Part shown: positions 1-8,475 of the stretch, piece by piece | How positions within the stretch are numbered: the stretch's first letter is position 1 | Layout of the letters: the number at the start of each line of letters is the position of its first letter | Origin: an uncultured Veillonellaceae bacterium | Lineage (GTDB): Bacteria > Bacillota > Negativicutes > JARBTT01 | Direction: 5' to 3' | Assembly (NCBI GenBank): GCA_963805085.1 | Contig: CAWDTA010000002.1 | Location: 1,568,001 to 1,632,000 of the forward strand | Length of the DNA: 64,000 bases | Translations under genes and position numbers: made by a program | Notes under the pieces: model-generated | What the model was told of the DNA's origin: nothing | What the model saw: only the letters and a program-made list of their open reading frames with translations | The model's database searches: none

Positions 1-66
1 GGCAAAGTTTTACTAAGAAATTTTCTTGAAGTTAAATGCAATCACTTATCGATAGGAATTTCTTAA
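1..66 (+). CDS. 3' end of a probable PabA/TrpG-type glutamine amidotransferase (partial)
   Basis: Frame 1 reads GKVLLRNFLEVKCNHLSIGIS*. G..LL.NFL is the usual C-terminus of PabA/TrpG, and the next gene is PabC-like. Confidence 0.5.
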   Translation, partial: GKVLLRNFLEVKCNHLSIGIS

Positions 67-76
67 GGAGGAGAGT

Positions 77-955
77 TTGATTAAAAATTTGATTTCAGTA
101 AATGGAAATATTTTGCCTAAGGAAAAGGCGTTTATACTAGCAGATGATCGAGGTCTAATGTATGGTTGGGGAGTATTTGATACTATACGTCTGTATGAAG
201 GAATCCCTTTTATGTTGGAGGAACATTTAAAACGTTTAGTTGCTTCGGCTGCCCAACTTCACATGCATATGGTTAATGATATGCATAATTTGATTCGGCA
301 AATCGATACGTTTATAAAAAAGGCCGAAATCGTTAATGGTGTAATGAGGATAACGTTGACTCCAGGGGAAAACGGCGTTTTAAATACGATTATTACCAGC
401 CGCAGTATTAATTATTCTATCGCTGATTACCAGAGGGGTTTTAGTTTGAAAACTTCTACAGTAAGGCGCAATCCTTATTCACCGCTAGCAAGTATTAAAA
501 GCTTGAATTATCTTGATAATATTCTGGCAAAAGAAGAGGCGGTAAAAAGAGGATTCGATGAAGCTCTGCTATTGAACACTCAAGGATGGTTGAGTGAATG
601 CAGCTGCAGTAACATTTTTTTTGTAAGAAATCAAAAACTGTTTACGCCATCGACGGACTGCGGTCTATTGGATGGTATTACAAGAAAAATGATAATCAAA
701 CAGCTAGCTATTTCCTTAAATATGGAACTTTACTCAGGAAAATACCGACTGAAGGATTTATATGCTGCGGATGAAGTATTTATAACAAACTCAGTACTAC
801 AGATAATGCCGGTTAAAAAAGTGAATGTTCGTATGATAGGTGGAGAAATCGTGGGAGAGGTTGTTCAAAAACTTATAAATGAATATAAAAACTTTGTGGA
901 TTCATATCTAAAGAAATACAGTGTTGGAACTCGAAATATGCAACTATTATCGTAA
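77..955 (+). CDS. pabC: Class IV aminotransferase, probable 4-amino-4-deoxychorismate lyase
   Basis: DRGLMYGWGVFDTIR, PLP lysine in IKSLNY, and GLLDGITR and DEVFITNS motifs. AAGGAGGAG RBS before a TTG start. Folate-gene context. Confidence 0.75.
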   Translation: MIKNLISVNGNILPKEKAFILADDRGLMYGWGVFDTIRLYEGIPFMLEEHLKRLVASAAQLHMHMVNDMHNLIRQIDTFIKKAEIVNGVMRITLTPGENGVLNTIITSRSINYSIADYQRGFSLKTSTVRRNPYSPLASIKSLNYLDNILAKEEAVKRGFDEALLLNTQGWLSECSCSNIFFVRNQKLFTPSTDCGLLDGITRKMIIKQLAISLNMELYSGKYRLKDLYAADEVFITNSVLQIMPVKKVNVRMIGGEIVGEVVQKLINEYKNFVDSYLKKYSVGTRNMQLLS

Positions 956-1202
956 TGTGATAAAGTTGCTCGCGGGGAATGCTGATTTATAAGTTTAAGC
1001 CTACCTAAGACTCCCTAAACCCAACATGGAGTTTGTCAAACCACGGTTTTTTTACAGTTAATTTGTGATTATTACCTCTCAAAAATGCTGTATCCCTTGT
1101 AAAGATTCGACCTTCACTTGGTGATTTCCTATATTCTGTTTTTTTTGTCACGGATCCAGGTTAATCTTTAATTTATATGGATAAAAGAAAGGGGGATGTA
1201 TT

Positions 1203-1874
1203 ATGAGTAAAGCAGTAGTAGTATTTTCAGGAGGACAAGATTCAACGACTTGCCTTTATTGGAGTAAAAACAGATTTGACAGTATTATAGCAATAAGTTT
1301 TTTCTATGGTCAAAAACATTCTAGAGAATTGGAACAAGCAAAAAAAATAGCACAAATGGCAAATATAGAACATCATATTATTGATATTTCATTCTTTGGC
1401 GATATTGTCGATAGTGCCTTAACCCATAATGGAGATGTGACAAAATCACATAACAGGCTAAAAAACTTGCCGGCATCATTTGTTCCCAATAGAAATGCCA
1501 TGTTTTTAACAATAGCCCATGCTTTTGCACAAAAGATTGGAGCAGAGGCATTAGTTACTGGCGTTTGTCAAACAGATTTTTCGGGTTATCCAGATTGTAG
1601 AGATGAATTTATCAAGACTATTAATAAAGCCCTTAATATCGGCAGTGATACAAATTTAAAAATTATTACCCCGCTTATGTGGTTAAATAAAGCACAAACA
1701 TGGGATTTAGCAGAAAAAGAAGGATGTATTGATATTGTAAAAACATATTCTTACACTTGCTATAATGGTTCAGAGAAAATGAATGACTGGGGTTATGGTT
1801 GCGGCGAATGTCCGGCATGTAATCTAAGAAAGAAAGGCTGGGGCGAATATGTACAAAGTAAAAAAAAGAATTGA
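1203..1874 (+). CDS. queC: 7-cyano-7-deazaguanine synthase
   Basis: SGGQDSTT PP-loop, FVPNRN, GYPDCR, and C-terminal TCY...GCGECPAC zinc site. Confidence 0.95.
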   Translation: MSKAVVVFSGGQDSTTCLYWSKNRFDSIIAISFFYGQKHSRELEQAKKIAQMANIEHHIIDISFFGDIVDSALTHNGDVTKSHNRLKNLPASFVPNRNAMFLTIAHAFAQKIGAEALVTGVCQTDFSGYPDCRDEFIKTINKALNIGSDTNLKIITPLMWLNKAQTWDLAEKEGCIDIVKTYSYTCYNGSEKMNDWGYGCGECPACNLRKKGWGEYVQSKKKN

Positions 1875-2178
1875 GGTAGCTGGGAGCCATCACTTAAATT
1901 TAGACTATGCAAGCAAATGTTCTAATTTGCATGGTCATAATTGGATTATTGAAGTTTACTGCAAAAGTGAAACACTTAATTTAAATGGCATGGTTGTTGA
2001 TTTTACTGAAATAAAAAATGTTGTTATTCAATTAGATCATGCTAATGTAAATGATGTTCTAAAAGGTATTAATCCAACAGCCGAAAATATCGCAAAATGG
2101 ATATGCGATAATGTTCGGTATTGTTATAAAGTAACCGTGCAAGAAAGTGAAGGGAATGTAGCTTGTTATGAATTATAA
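1849..2178 (+). CDS. queD: 6-carboxy-5,6,7,8-tetrahydropterin synthase
   Basis: CSNLHGHNW (CxxxHGH, PTPS-I type), LDH and NPTAENIA motifs. Confidence 0.93.
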   Translation: MYKVKKRIEVAGSHHLNLDYASKCSNLHGHNWIIEVYCKSETLNLNGMVVDFTEIKNVVIQLDHANVNDVLKGINPTAENIAKWICDNVRYCYKVTVQESEGNVACYEL

Positions 2179-2755
2179 TGTAAATGAAATATTTGAAAGT
2201 ATACAAGGAGAAGGATACAACACAGGAAAACGTGTCGTATTCATTCGTTTGTGCGGCTGCAATTTAAGGTGTCCTTGGTGCGATACAGATCACACAAAAC
2301 AAGTTAAAATAATGACAGAAAAAGAAATTATGCGAGAAATTGAACAATATAAGTCGGAGGCTGTTATTATTACGGGCGGTGAACCTACTGTTCAAAATTT
2401 AGGCGAATTGTTATTTAAACTTAAACAGCAGGAATATTGGGTAGGTATTGAAACCAATGGAACAAACGAAATAAGTCAATATAGTTGTTTTATTGATTAT
2501 ATTGCTGTATCGCCAAAAGCAAATTCAGCAATAAAAATTAAATTTGCTCATGAAATTCGAGTTGTAAATGATAATTTAACAATAAAAGACCTTAATTACT
2601 TTTCAAGCACATTTAAAGCCCAGCATTATTTTGTTAGCCCTTTAGAGCTTAATGAAAAAATGAATATAGCAGATTGTTTAAATTTAATTGCAGATACGGA
2701 GGCGCAGACATGGAAATTAAGCCTACAGACACACAAACTAGCGAATATCAGGTAG
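2168..2755 (+). CDS. queE: 7-carboxy-7-deazaguanine synthase (radical SAM)
   Basis: EIFESIQGEG, CNLRCPWCDT, ITGGEP, IETNGT, VSPK and LSLQTHK motifs. Confidence 0.93.
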   Translation: MNYNVNEIFESIQGEGYNTGKRVVFIRLCGCNLRCPWCDTDHTKQVKIMTEKEIMREIEQYKSEAVIITGGEPTVQNLGELLFKLKQQEYWVGIETNGTNEISQYSCFIDYIAVSPKANSAIKIKFAHEIRVVNDNLTIKDLNYFSSTFKAQHYFVSPLELNEKMNIADCLNLIADTEAQTWKLSLQTHKLANIR

Positions 2756-3318
2756 AAAATGCGGTTCGAGATATATTACTATACATTGGCGAAAACCCTG
2801 ATAGAGAAGGGCTAAAAGAGACGCCAAAACGTTTTCTTAAAATGCTTAAAGAATTAACACAAGCAGTAAGGTTAAGTAATAAACAGATTGCAGATATGTT
2901 TAATAAAACTTTCCAAGATGATTTAGCTATAGAAACCGGAAATTCTAACGACATAGTATTAGTACAAAATATTCCGTGTTTTAGCTTATGTGAGCATCAT
3001 ATAGCCCTTATGTATAATATGCAAATTAGTGTTGCTTATCTTCCTACAAATAGGGTTATTGGCTTATCTAAAATAAGTCGCATTGCTGATATGGTTTGTA
3101 AGAGGCTACAACTCCAAGAAAGAATATGTACAGATATTGCAGATATTATAAAACTAGTAACAAACAGTGAGGATGTTGCTGTATTTATTTCTGCAGAGCA
3201 CTCTTGCGTAACCGCAAGAGGTATAAAAAAGAAATCTATTACAAAAACAAATGTTATGCGCGGCAAATTTAAAACAGATAAGGATTTAAAAAGTCAGCTT
3301 TTATTAATGTTAAAGTAA
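2710..3318 (+). CDS. folE: GTP cyclohydrolase I
   Basis: GENPDREGLKETPKR, SLCEHH, GLSK, RLQLQE and HSCVTARG motifs. Start moved to ATG 2710 behind GGAGG. Confidence 0.92.
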   Translation: MEIKPTDTQTSEYQVENAVRDILLYIGENPDREGLKETPKRFLKMLKELTQAVRLSNKQIADMFNKTFQDDLAIETGNSNDIVLVQNIPCFSLCEHHIALMYNMQISVAYLPTNRVIGLSKISRIADMVCKRLQLQERICTDIADIIKLVTNSEDVAVFISAEHSCVTARGIKKKSITKTNVMRGKFKTDKDLKSQLLLMLK

Positions 3319-3436
3319 AACATTTGTAAATTGATATTAAGAAAAATATTAATCACAGCAATTTATTAAAAATACATCCTACTTTCGTGACTTATTAAAA
3401 TTATGGGTAATTAAACTATTGAAGGGATGTCTTGTT

Positions 3437-5437
3437 ATGATGAAAAAAAGGTTTTTTATGCTTATTGTTTTTGTTGTTTGCTTTATTTGTAGCTTTGAAG
3501 CCCATGGATTTACTAGCAACACGGAAGCAAATGATTATTATGATATTGCAATTAATAATGTAACTGTTGTTGATGTAGAAAACAAAAATGTTACGAATAA
3601 TAATCAGATTTTAATCAAAGGAAAAATAATTGATTATATCGGAGTGCCAAAACAAGTTAATAGCAAAAATATCGTAGATGGCAAAAACCTTATTGCTCTT
3701 CCGGGTTTTGTTAACACTCACACGCATCTTTGGCAACATGTCGGCAAAGGGTTTTATCCAGACGGCAATCTTCAGGAATGGGTTCAACTCTATCGCTATG
3801 CGCCTTATTTTACCGAACAAGAATTGTATGAGACTACTTTGGCGGCACTTAGTCAAGGACTGAGCTCTGGAATCACTACAGTGGCGGATTTTGCCTCAGT
3901 TAATTATAATGATTTTGCATTAGATTCAACCATGAAAGCCCTAAAAACAGCTAATGTTGATGGCGCGTTAATCTGGTGGAATCCTGCTGCTTTTCTTCCG
4001 TATTCTTATAAGAAAGATGAAATCAACCGTTTGCAGGCAAACGGAAATCCTTCCATTTCAATTTGGATGGGATATGGTCCCTTGTCCTTTTTTGATTTAC
4101 CGACTGTGTATGATGGTATATGTTTATCCAAAGATTTAAATTTGCGAACTGCTGAACATACTATGGAAAATATTCAAGAACAACGTGATTTATTTACTAA
4201 ATTTGAAAATTATTTTTCGACATATAAAGATAAGTTATCAGAGGCTGATCGAAATTTTATTCAAGCTCAGCTTGCTTTAGGAGCGCCCGGAAAGGTTGAC
4301 GGGGTCATCAATCTATACCGTTTGGCAGATGAACTATTGAAAATAGATCAAGCTTACCCTAAATTAACTGATACCGAACGGTTACAACTTCAGCAGCTAA
4401 AAGAACAAACTACTATTTCCCCGGTACCGATTCTTGACTATTTGGGTGGTTTGGACAATTTTTTATCTATTCATAGTGTATGGCTAAATAACGATGATAT
4501 TGCATATTACAAAAAACATAATATCTTTGTAGCGCATAATCCAGAATCCAACATGTATCTTTCGTCAGGAATCGCTCCTATTTTAAACTATGAATCGGCC
4601 AATGTCACAATTGGAACAGATGGTGCAGCAAGTAATGATAGGATTGATTTCTTTTCTGCAATGCGTGCAACATGGAATTTACAAAAGTTACGTTATCTTG
4701 ACACATCTGTCACCAGTCAATACAACGCGTGGAATGTATTGGCTTCGGCTACAATAAATGGAGCTAATGCCTTGGGGATCGGTTCTCAAACTGGTTCATT
4801 GACGCCAGGGAAAGAAGCAGATATCGTTCTACTTTCAAAAAATAAGCTTGGTATGTCGCCGGAAGTACAGACTAAAGATATCGATAACATTGCTTCATTG
4901 ATTGTTTATGGTGGAGGAGTTGAAGATGTTGATACGGTATTATCAAATGGAAAAATTTTGGTTCGTGGAGGGAATTTACAGGCACCTCTTTCTGAGGAAT
5001 ACCTTTCCAAAAGGCTGTCTGAGATATCTAATAATTTGGTTTCTAGGTATGATCAAGGGAAGATATGGGAAGAAGCCTATAATCTAAACTTATCTCCACA
5101 AGAGAAGTGGTATAAATATCGTTCAGTCAGAATAAAAGATACGATTCAACTGAAAATTGTTAATACAAGTAAAAATAATCCGATCTCCATTACAGCTGCG
5201 GCATCTGGTACTTCCTTTGGCGGAGCAGTTGGTAGTATGTTTGGACCGAAAACGCGAGCGCGGTTTCCATTTCAAGATCCCAAAAAATTCTGGACTGTTT
5301 CTTATAAGCTTGAGCCCGGAGAAGCTCTAACTATTCAAAAAATGAAAGATAATGCTGATTACACTATTGAGTACAAAGGAATAAGTAAAACATTTCAAGG
5401 TGCATCAAGTCATGAGTTATTGCTAATGAACGAGTAG
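3437..5437 (+). CDS. Exported metal-dependent amidohydrolase (nucleobase/pterin deaminase-like) with C-terminal extension
   Basis: PGFVNTHTHLWQH, HTME, HSVWL, HNPESNMYLSSG, GTDGAASN and GSLTPGKEAD motifs. N-terminal MKKRFF + hydrophobic stretch + AHG resembles a signal peptide. Confidence 0.8.
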   Translation: MMKKRFFMLIVFVVCFICSFEAHGFTSNTEANDYYDIAINNVTVVDVENKNVTNNNQILIKGKIIDYIGVPKQVNSKNIVDGKNLIALPGFVNTHTHLWQHVGKGFYPDGNLQEWVQLYRYAPYFTEQELYETTLAALSQGLSSGITTVADFASVNYNDFALDSTMKALKTANVDGALIWWNPAAFLPYSYKKDEINRLQANGNPSISIWMGYGPLSFFDLPTVYDGICLSKDLNLRTAEHTMENIQEQRDLFTKFENYFSTYKDKLSEADRNFIQAQLALGAPGKVDGVINLYRLADELLKIDQAYPKLTDTERLQLQQLKEQTTISPVPILDYLGGLDNFLSIHSVWLNNDDIAYYKKHNIFVAHNPESNMYLSSGIAPILNYESANVTIGTDGAASNDRIDFFSAMRATWNLQKLRYLDTSVTSQYNAWNVLASATINGANALGIGSQTGSLTPGKEADIVLLSKNKLGMSPEVQTKDIDNIASLIVYGGGVEDVDTVLSNGKILVRGGNLQAPLSEEYLSKRLSEISNNLVSRYDQGKIWEEAYNLNLSPQEKWYKYRSVRIKDTIQLKIVNTSKNNPISITAAASGTSFGGAVGSMFGPKTRARFPFQDPKKFWTVSYKLEPGEALTIQKMKDNADYTIEYKGISKTFQGASSHELLLMNE

Positions 5438-5530
5438 AGGATAGATCACATTCTCAATCAAAAAATTTCAATTTTAACAGAGAAATATATAATTTATTTC
5501 CAACACTTAAAATTCAGAAGGAGAGTTACT

Positions 5531-6334
5531 ATGAAAATAAATGTTCCAAAAATATTAGGCATTGTAAATATTACTGAGGACAGCTTTTCTGATGGTGGAG
5601 CTTATCTCGATACGAACAAAGCTATTGAAAGATCTCTTATGCTTATGAAGAATGGTGCAGATATCATCGATCTGGGGGCTGCTTCCAGTAATCCGTTAAC
5701 AAAGGAAGTAAAACCGCGAGAAGAAATTAACCGTTTAAAACCTGTTATTGACTCTTTGTTATCGCAAAATATTCCAATATCGATAGACACATTTAAACCC
5801 GAAGTTCAGAAATATTGTCTGCAGAATAAAGTTCATTACTTAAATGATATTCAAGGGTTTCCTCATACTGAAATTTATTCTGATTTAGCAGAATCCAACT
5901 GTAAACTTATTATAATGCATTCCGTCCAGCGTATGGGGCCGGCTACAATTGTTACAACCGAACCTGAAGAAGTATTCCAGAAAATGGTCAGTTTTTTCAA
6001 CCAACGTATCAAATCGCTTCAAGACGCAGGTGTTTCACTAGAACAAATGATTTTGGATCCAGGAATGGGATTTTTCTTGGGATCCAATCCGGAATCTTCA
6101 ATCTACGTTTTGAAAAATATCAAGCGATTAAAGAAATGTTTTAATTTACCAATTCTTGTTTCTGTTTCTCGAAAATCCTTTTTAGGAAATATCACAGGAC
6201 GCCAAGTTAATGAACGAGGGGCTGGCACTTTAGCGACTGAAATTTATTTGAGTTATATGGGCGTAGATTATATTCGCACCCATGATGTACGTTCTTTGCA
6301 CGATGCACTACAAGTGCTTAGTGCATTAGTTTGA
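5531..6334 (+). CDS. folP: Dihydropteroate synthase of the Sul (Sul3-like, predicted sulfonamide-insensitive) type
   Basis: GIVNITEDSFSDGG, DLGAASSNP, DTFKPEVQ, NDIQGFP, MHSVQR, DPGMGFFLGSNPE, VSRKSFLG and RTHDV motifs. Confidence 0.9.
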   Translation: MKINVPKILGIVNITEDSFSDGGAYLDTNKAIERSLMLMKNGADIIDLGAASSNPLTKEVKPREEINRLKPVIDSLLSQNIPISIDTFKPEVQKYCLQNKVHYLNDIQGFPHTEIYSDLAESNCKLIIMHSVQRMGPATIVTTEPEEVFQKMVSFFNQRIKSLQDAGVSLEQMILDPGMGFFLGSNPESSIYVLKNIKRLKKCFNLPILVSVSRKSFLGNITGRQVNERGAGTLATEIYLSYMGVDYIRTHDVRSLHDALQVLSALV

Positions 6335-6346
6335 CTCGATTGGAGT

Positions 6347-6398
6347 AATCTGTCATTACCGCAAATATATAATGATATATTTGCGGTAATGACAGATT
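6347..6398. repeat. Perfect 24-bp inverted repeat with 4-nt loop after the DHPS gene (probable terminator or stabiliser)
   Basis: AATCTGTCATTACCGCAAATATAT-aatg-ATATATTTGCGGTAATGACAGATT. Confidence 0.75.
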
Positions 6399-6654
6399 TG
6401 CGGTAATGAATTTTAACTGATAATTCCAGTGTGAAATTCAACTTCTACATTAAAAAGCTGTGATAACATGTACAAATATACTGATATGTCGCACAAGTGT
6501 TATTTAGTATACGGATACTGTAATGAAGTAATATCCCACGGAAAATAGTTTTTTGCTGTGGAATCTTTCATCAAATTACAAACCTAATGGCACATATTAA
6601 TTAGACATAAATTGATTATTGACCTTAAGTACAAGCGAAAAAGAGGTAAGTAAG

Positions 6655-7371
6655 ATGGAAAAAATTAAACTATTCTGTATTCCTCATGCGGGAGGTACAT
6701 CTTCGGCATACAATAAATGGAAACCATATCTACATGATTTCATAGAATTGGTTTCTGTGGAATTGGCGGGAAGGGGAAAACGGCATATGGACCCGCTTTC
6801 GAAGAGTATTCAGGAGACCGCTGAGGACGTTTACTCGATTGTTGAAGATGAACTTAACGATATGCCGTATGCTATTTATGGGCATAGCATGGGGAGTTTA
6901 ATTGCCTATGAATTATATTTAAAAATTAATGGATCAAATTGGAATAAACCATTTCATATGTTTTTTTCTGGTCGCGGAGCTCCTCATACAAGACGTAAAA
7001 ATTTATACTATGATCTTCCTGAACAAGATTTTAAAAGGGAAATAACAAAAATTGGGGGAATTCCAGAAATAGTTTTTGAAAATTCGCTAATGTATAATTA
7101 TTTTATTCCAGTGTTAAAATCCGATATGAAAAATGATGACACTTATAAGTGTGAAAAAAGAGATAAAGTAGGTTGCGGTATATCTGTGTTAAACGGTACG
7201 TTGGATAATACTGTTCTAGAAAATGATGCGCTTGCTTGGAGAGAATACTCTACCGAATGTAATTTTTATAAAGTTTCAGGTAGTCACTTTTTTCTTAATG
7301 AAAATCCTGCTGATGTTGTTAATATTATCAATACGACATTAATGAATTGTATAACAAAGAAGACTACTTAG
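6655..7371 (+). CDS. Type II (editing) thioesterase, GrsT/SrfAD family
   Basis: LFCIPHAGG, ELAGRG, GHSMG nucleophile and GSHFFL motifs. ATG 6655 follows AGAGG. Confidence 0.88.
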   Translation: MEKIKLFCIPHAGGTSSAYNKWKPYLHDFIELVSVELAGRGKRHMDPLSKSIQETAEDVYSIVEDELNDMPYAIYGHSMGSLIAYELYLKINGSNWNKPFHMFFSGRGAPHTRRKNLYYDLPEQDFKREITKIGGIPEIVFENSLMYNYFIPVLKSDMKNDDTYKCEKRDKVGCGISVLNGTLDNTVLENDALAWREYSTECNFYKVSGSHFFLNENPADVVNIINTTLMNCITKKTT

Positions 7372-7393
7372 ATTTGGAAAGATGATAAGAAAA

Positions 7394-7975
7394 TTACAAG
7401 CTATCAATATCTACAGCATATTCAATTTTTTCCGCCACTTCTTTTGCTAGATCGCTGCCGAAGAGAATTTTAAGGAGATAGAAACCTAGCTCTAGGCCGG
7501 AGGTGACACCCGCGGCGGTGATGATATTCCCATCTTGGACAACTTTTGTTTGCTTGATTGCAATTGCTTGATAAGTTTTTAGTTCTTCTAGTGCCGTGTG
7601 ATACGTAGTCGCTTTTTTTCCTTCGAGTAAACCAGCAGTGGCTAAGATGAAGGCACCGGTACAAACGGAGGTAGTATATTGTGTGTGTTTGGATTGATTC
7701 AGCACAAATTTTCTGATCTTTGGATTGTGCATAGCCTCGAAACGTCCCTTGCCACCAGGTACAACTAAAATATCTAAAGCGGGGCAAGTGTCAAAAGAAT
7801 GCTCAGGGACAATCTTCATTCCGTTAAATGCTTGGATAATGTCCAAGTTCTCAGCCACAAGAAAAACTTGGGTACTATTTGGCTGAAGCTTGTTGATATA
7901 GCTTAATACTTCAAAGGGGCCTACAAAGTCCATTTCTTCAACTTGCGGAAAAATAAGAACGCCTATTTTTATCAT
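7394..7975 (-). CDS. DJ-1/PfpI family protein
   Basis: EEMDFVGPFEV, VVPGG, SVCTGAF and TAAGVTSG motifs. Start at ATG 7975 behind AAGGAG. Confidence 0.9.
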   Translation of the reverse strand: MIKIGVLIFPQVEEMDFVGPFEVLSYINKLQPNSTQVFLVAENLDIIQAFNGMKIVPEHSFDTCPALDILVVPGGKGRFEAMHNPKIRKFVLNQSKHTQYTTSVCTGAFILATAGLLEGKKATTYHTALEELKTYQAIAIKQTKVVQDGNIITAAGVTSGLELGFYLLKILFGSDLAKEVAEKIEYAVDIDSL

Positions 7976-8001
7976 GATAATCTCCTTTGTGTTTAGTACT
8001 A

Positions 8002-8026
8002 GTTCGAGCTTAGAAAATATATTCCT
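8002..8026 (-). promoter_or_regulatory. Putative sigma-H-type promoter of the DJ-1 gene
   Basis: Minus strand reads AGGA-N17-GAAC, close to the Firmicute SigH consensus AGGA-N17/18-GAAT. Confidence 0.4.
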
Positions 8027-8053
8027 CTGCAATTAGGGGGATTTAAAATTAGT

Positions 8054-8464
8054 TTAGGAATGGTCAGTAATTTTTTTACACAGCTGTACAAAACAATCAA
8101 GTTCTTTTTCTGTTAACGTGTTTTCAATTAAATCCATGATTTCATTTCTGAACTTCTCTGATCTTAATAAAAAATCCTTACCATCGGTAGTAATCAAGAT
8201 GTCATAAGTTCTCCTGTCATTTTCTCGCCGTTCTTGTATGATGTATTTTTTTTCTAAAAGCCTTTTGGTTAGTTTAGACATTCCCGCTTGAGAAATTCCA
8301 CGAATTTCTGCTAATTCCTTGGTGGTTTTAGAACCTTGTTTATCTAAAATGTCCAATACATTATACTGTGCTGTTGTCACCCCATCAATATTAAAGCGAT
8401 TAATATTACTAATAATCATACATTGAAAAGGTATATAGTAATCTTCTAATTCTTTTTTTGCCAT
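8054..8464 (-). CDS. MarR family regulator
   Basis: TTAQYNVL...ELAEIRGISQAGMSKLTKRL...DRR winged helix-turn-helix pattern. Confidence 0.88.
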   Translation of the reverse strand: MAKKELEDYYIPFQCMIISNINRFNIDGVTTAQYNVLDILDKQGSKTTKELAEIRGISQAGMSKLTKRLLEKKYIIQERRENDRRTYDILITTDGKDFLLRSEKFRNEIMDLIENTLTEKELDCFVQLCKKITDHS

Positions 8465-8475
8465 AGGTATTCTCC

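Noticed and set aside
960-1202. preQ1 riboswitch or IS end upstream of queC
   Set aside because: I could not match the preQ1-I stem and A-rich tail, and the IS-like appearance is too weak to call.
1849-2178. QueD as a PTPS-III FolB bypass enzyme
   Set aside because: The active-site motif is CxxxHGH (PTPS-I/QueD), not the Glu-containing PTPS-III motif.
1203-3318. que genes as a dpd DNA 7-deazaguanine modification system
   Set aside because: No dpdA/tgt-like transglycosylase or dpdB-K genes in the window; the neighbours are folate genes.
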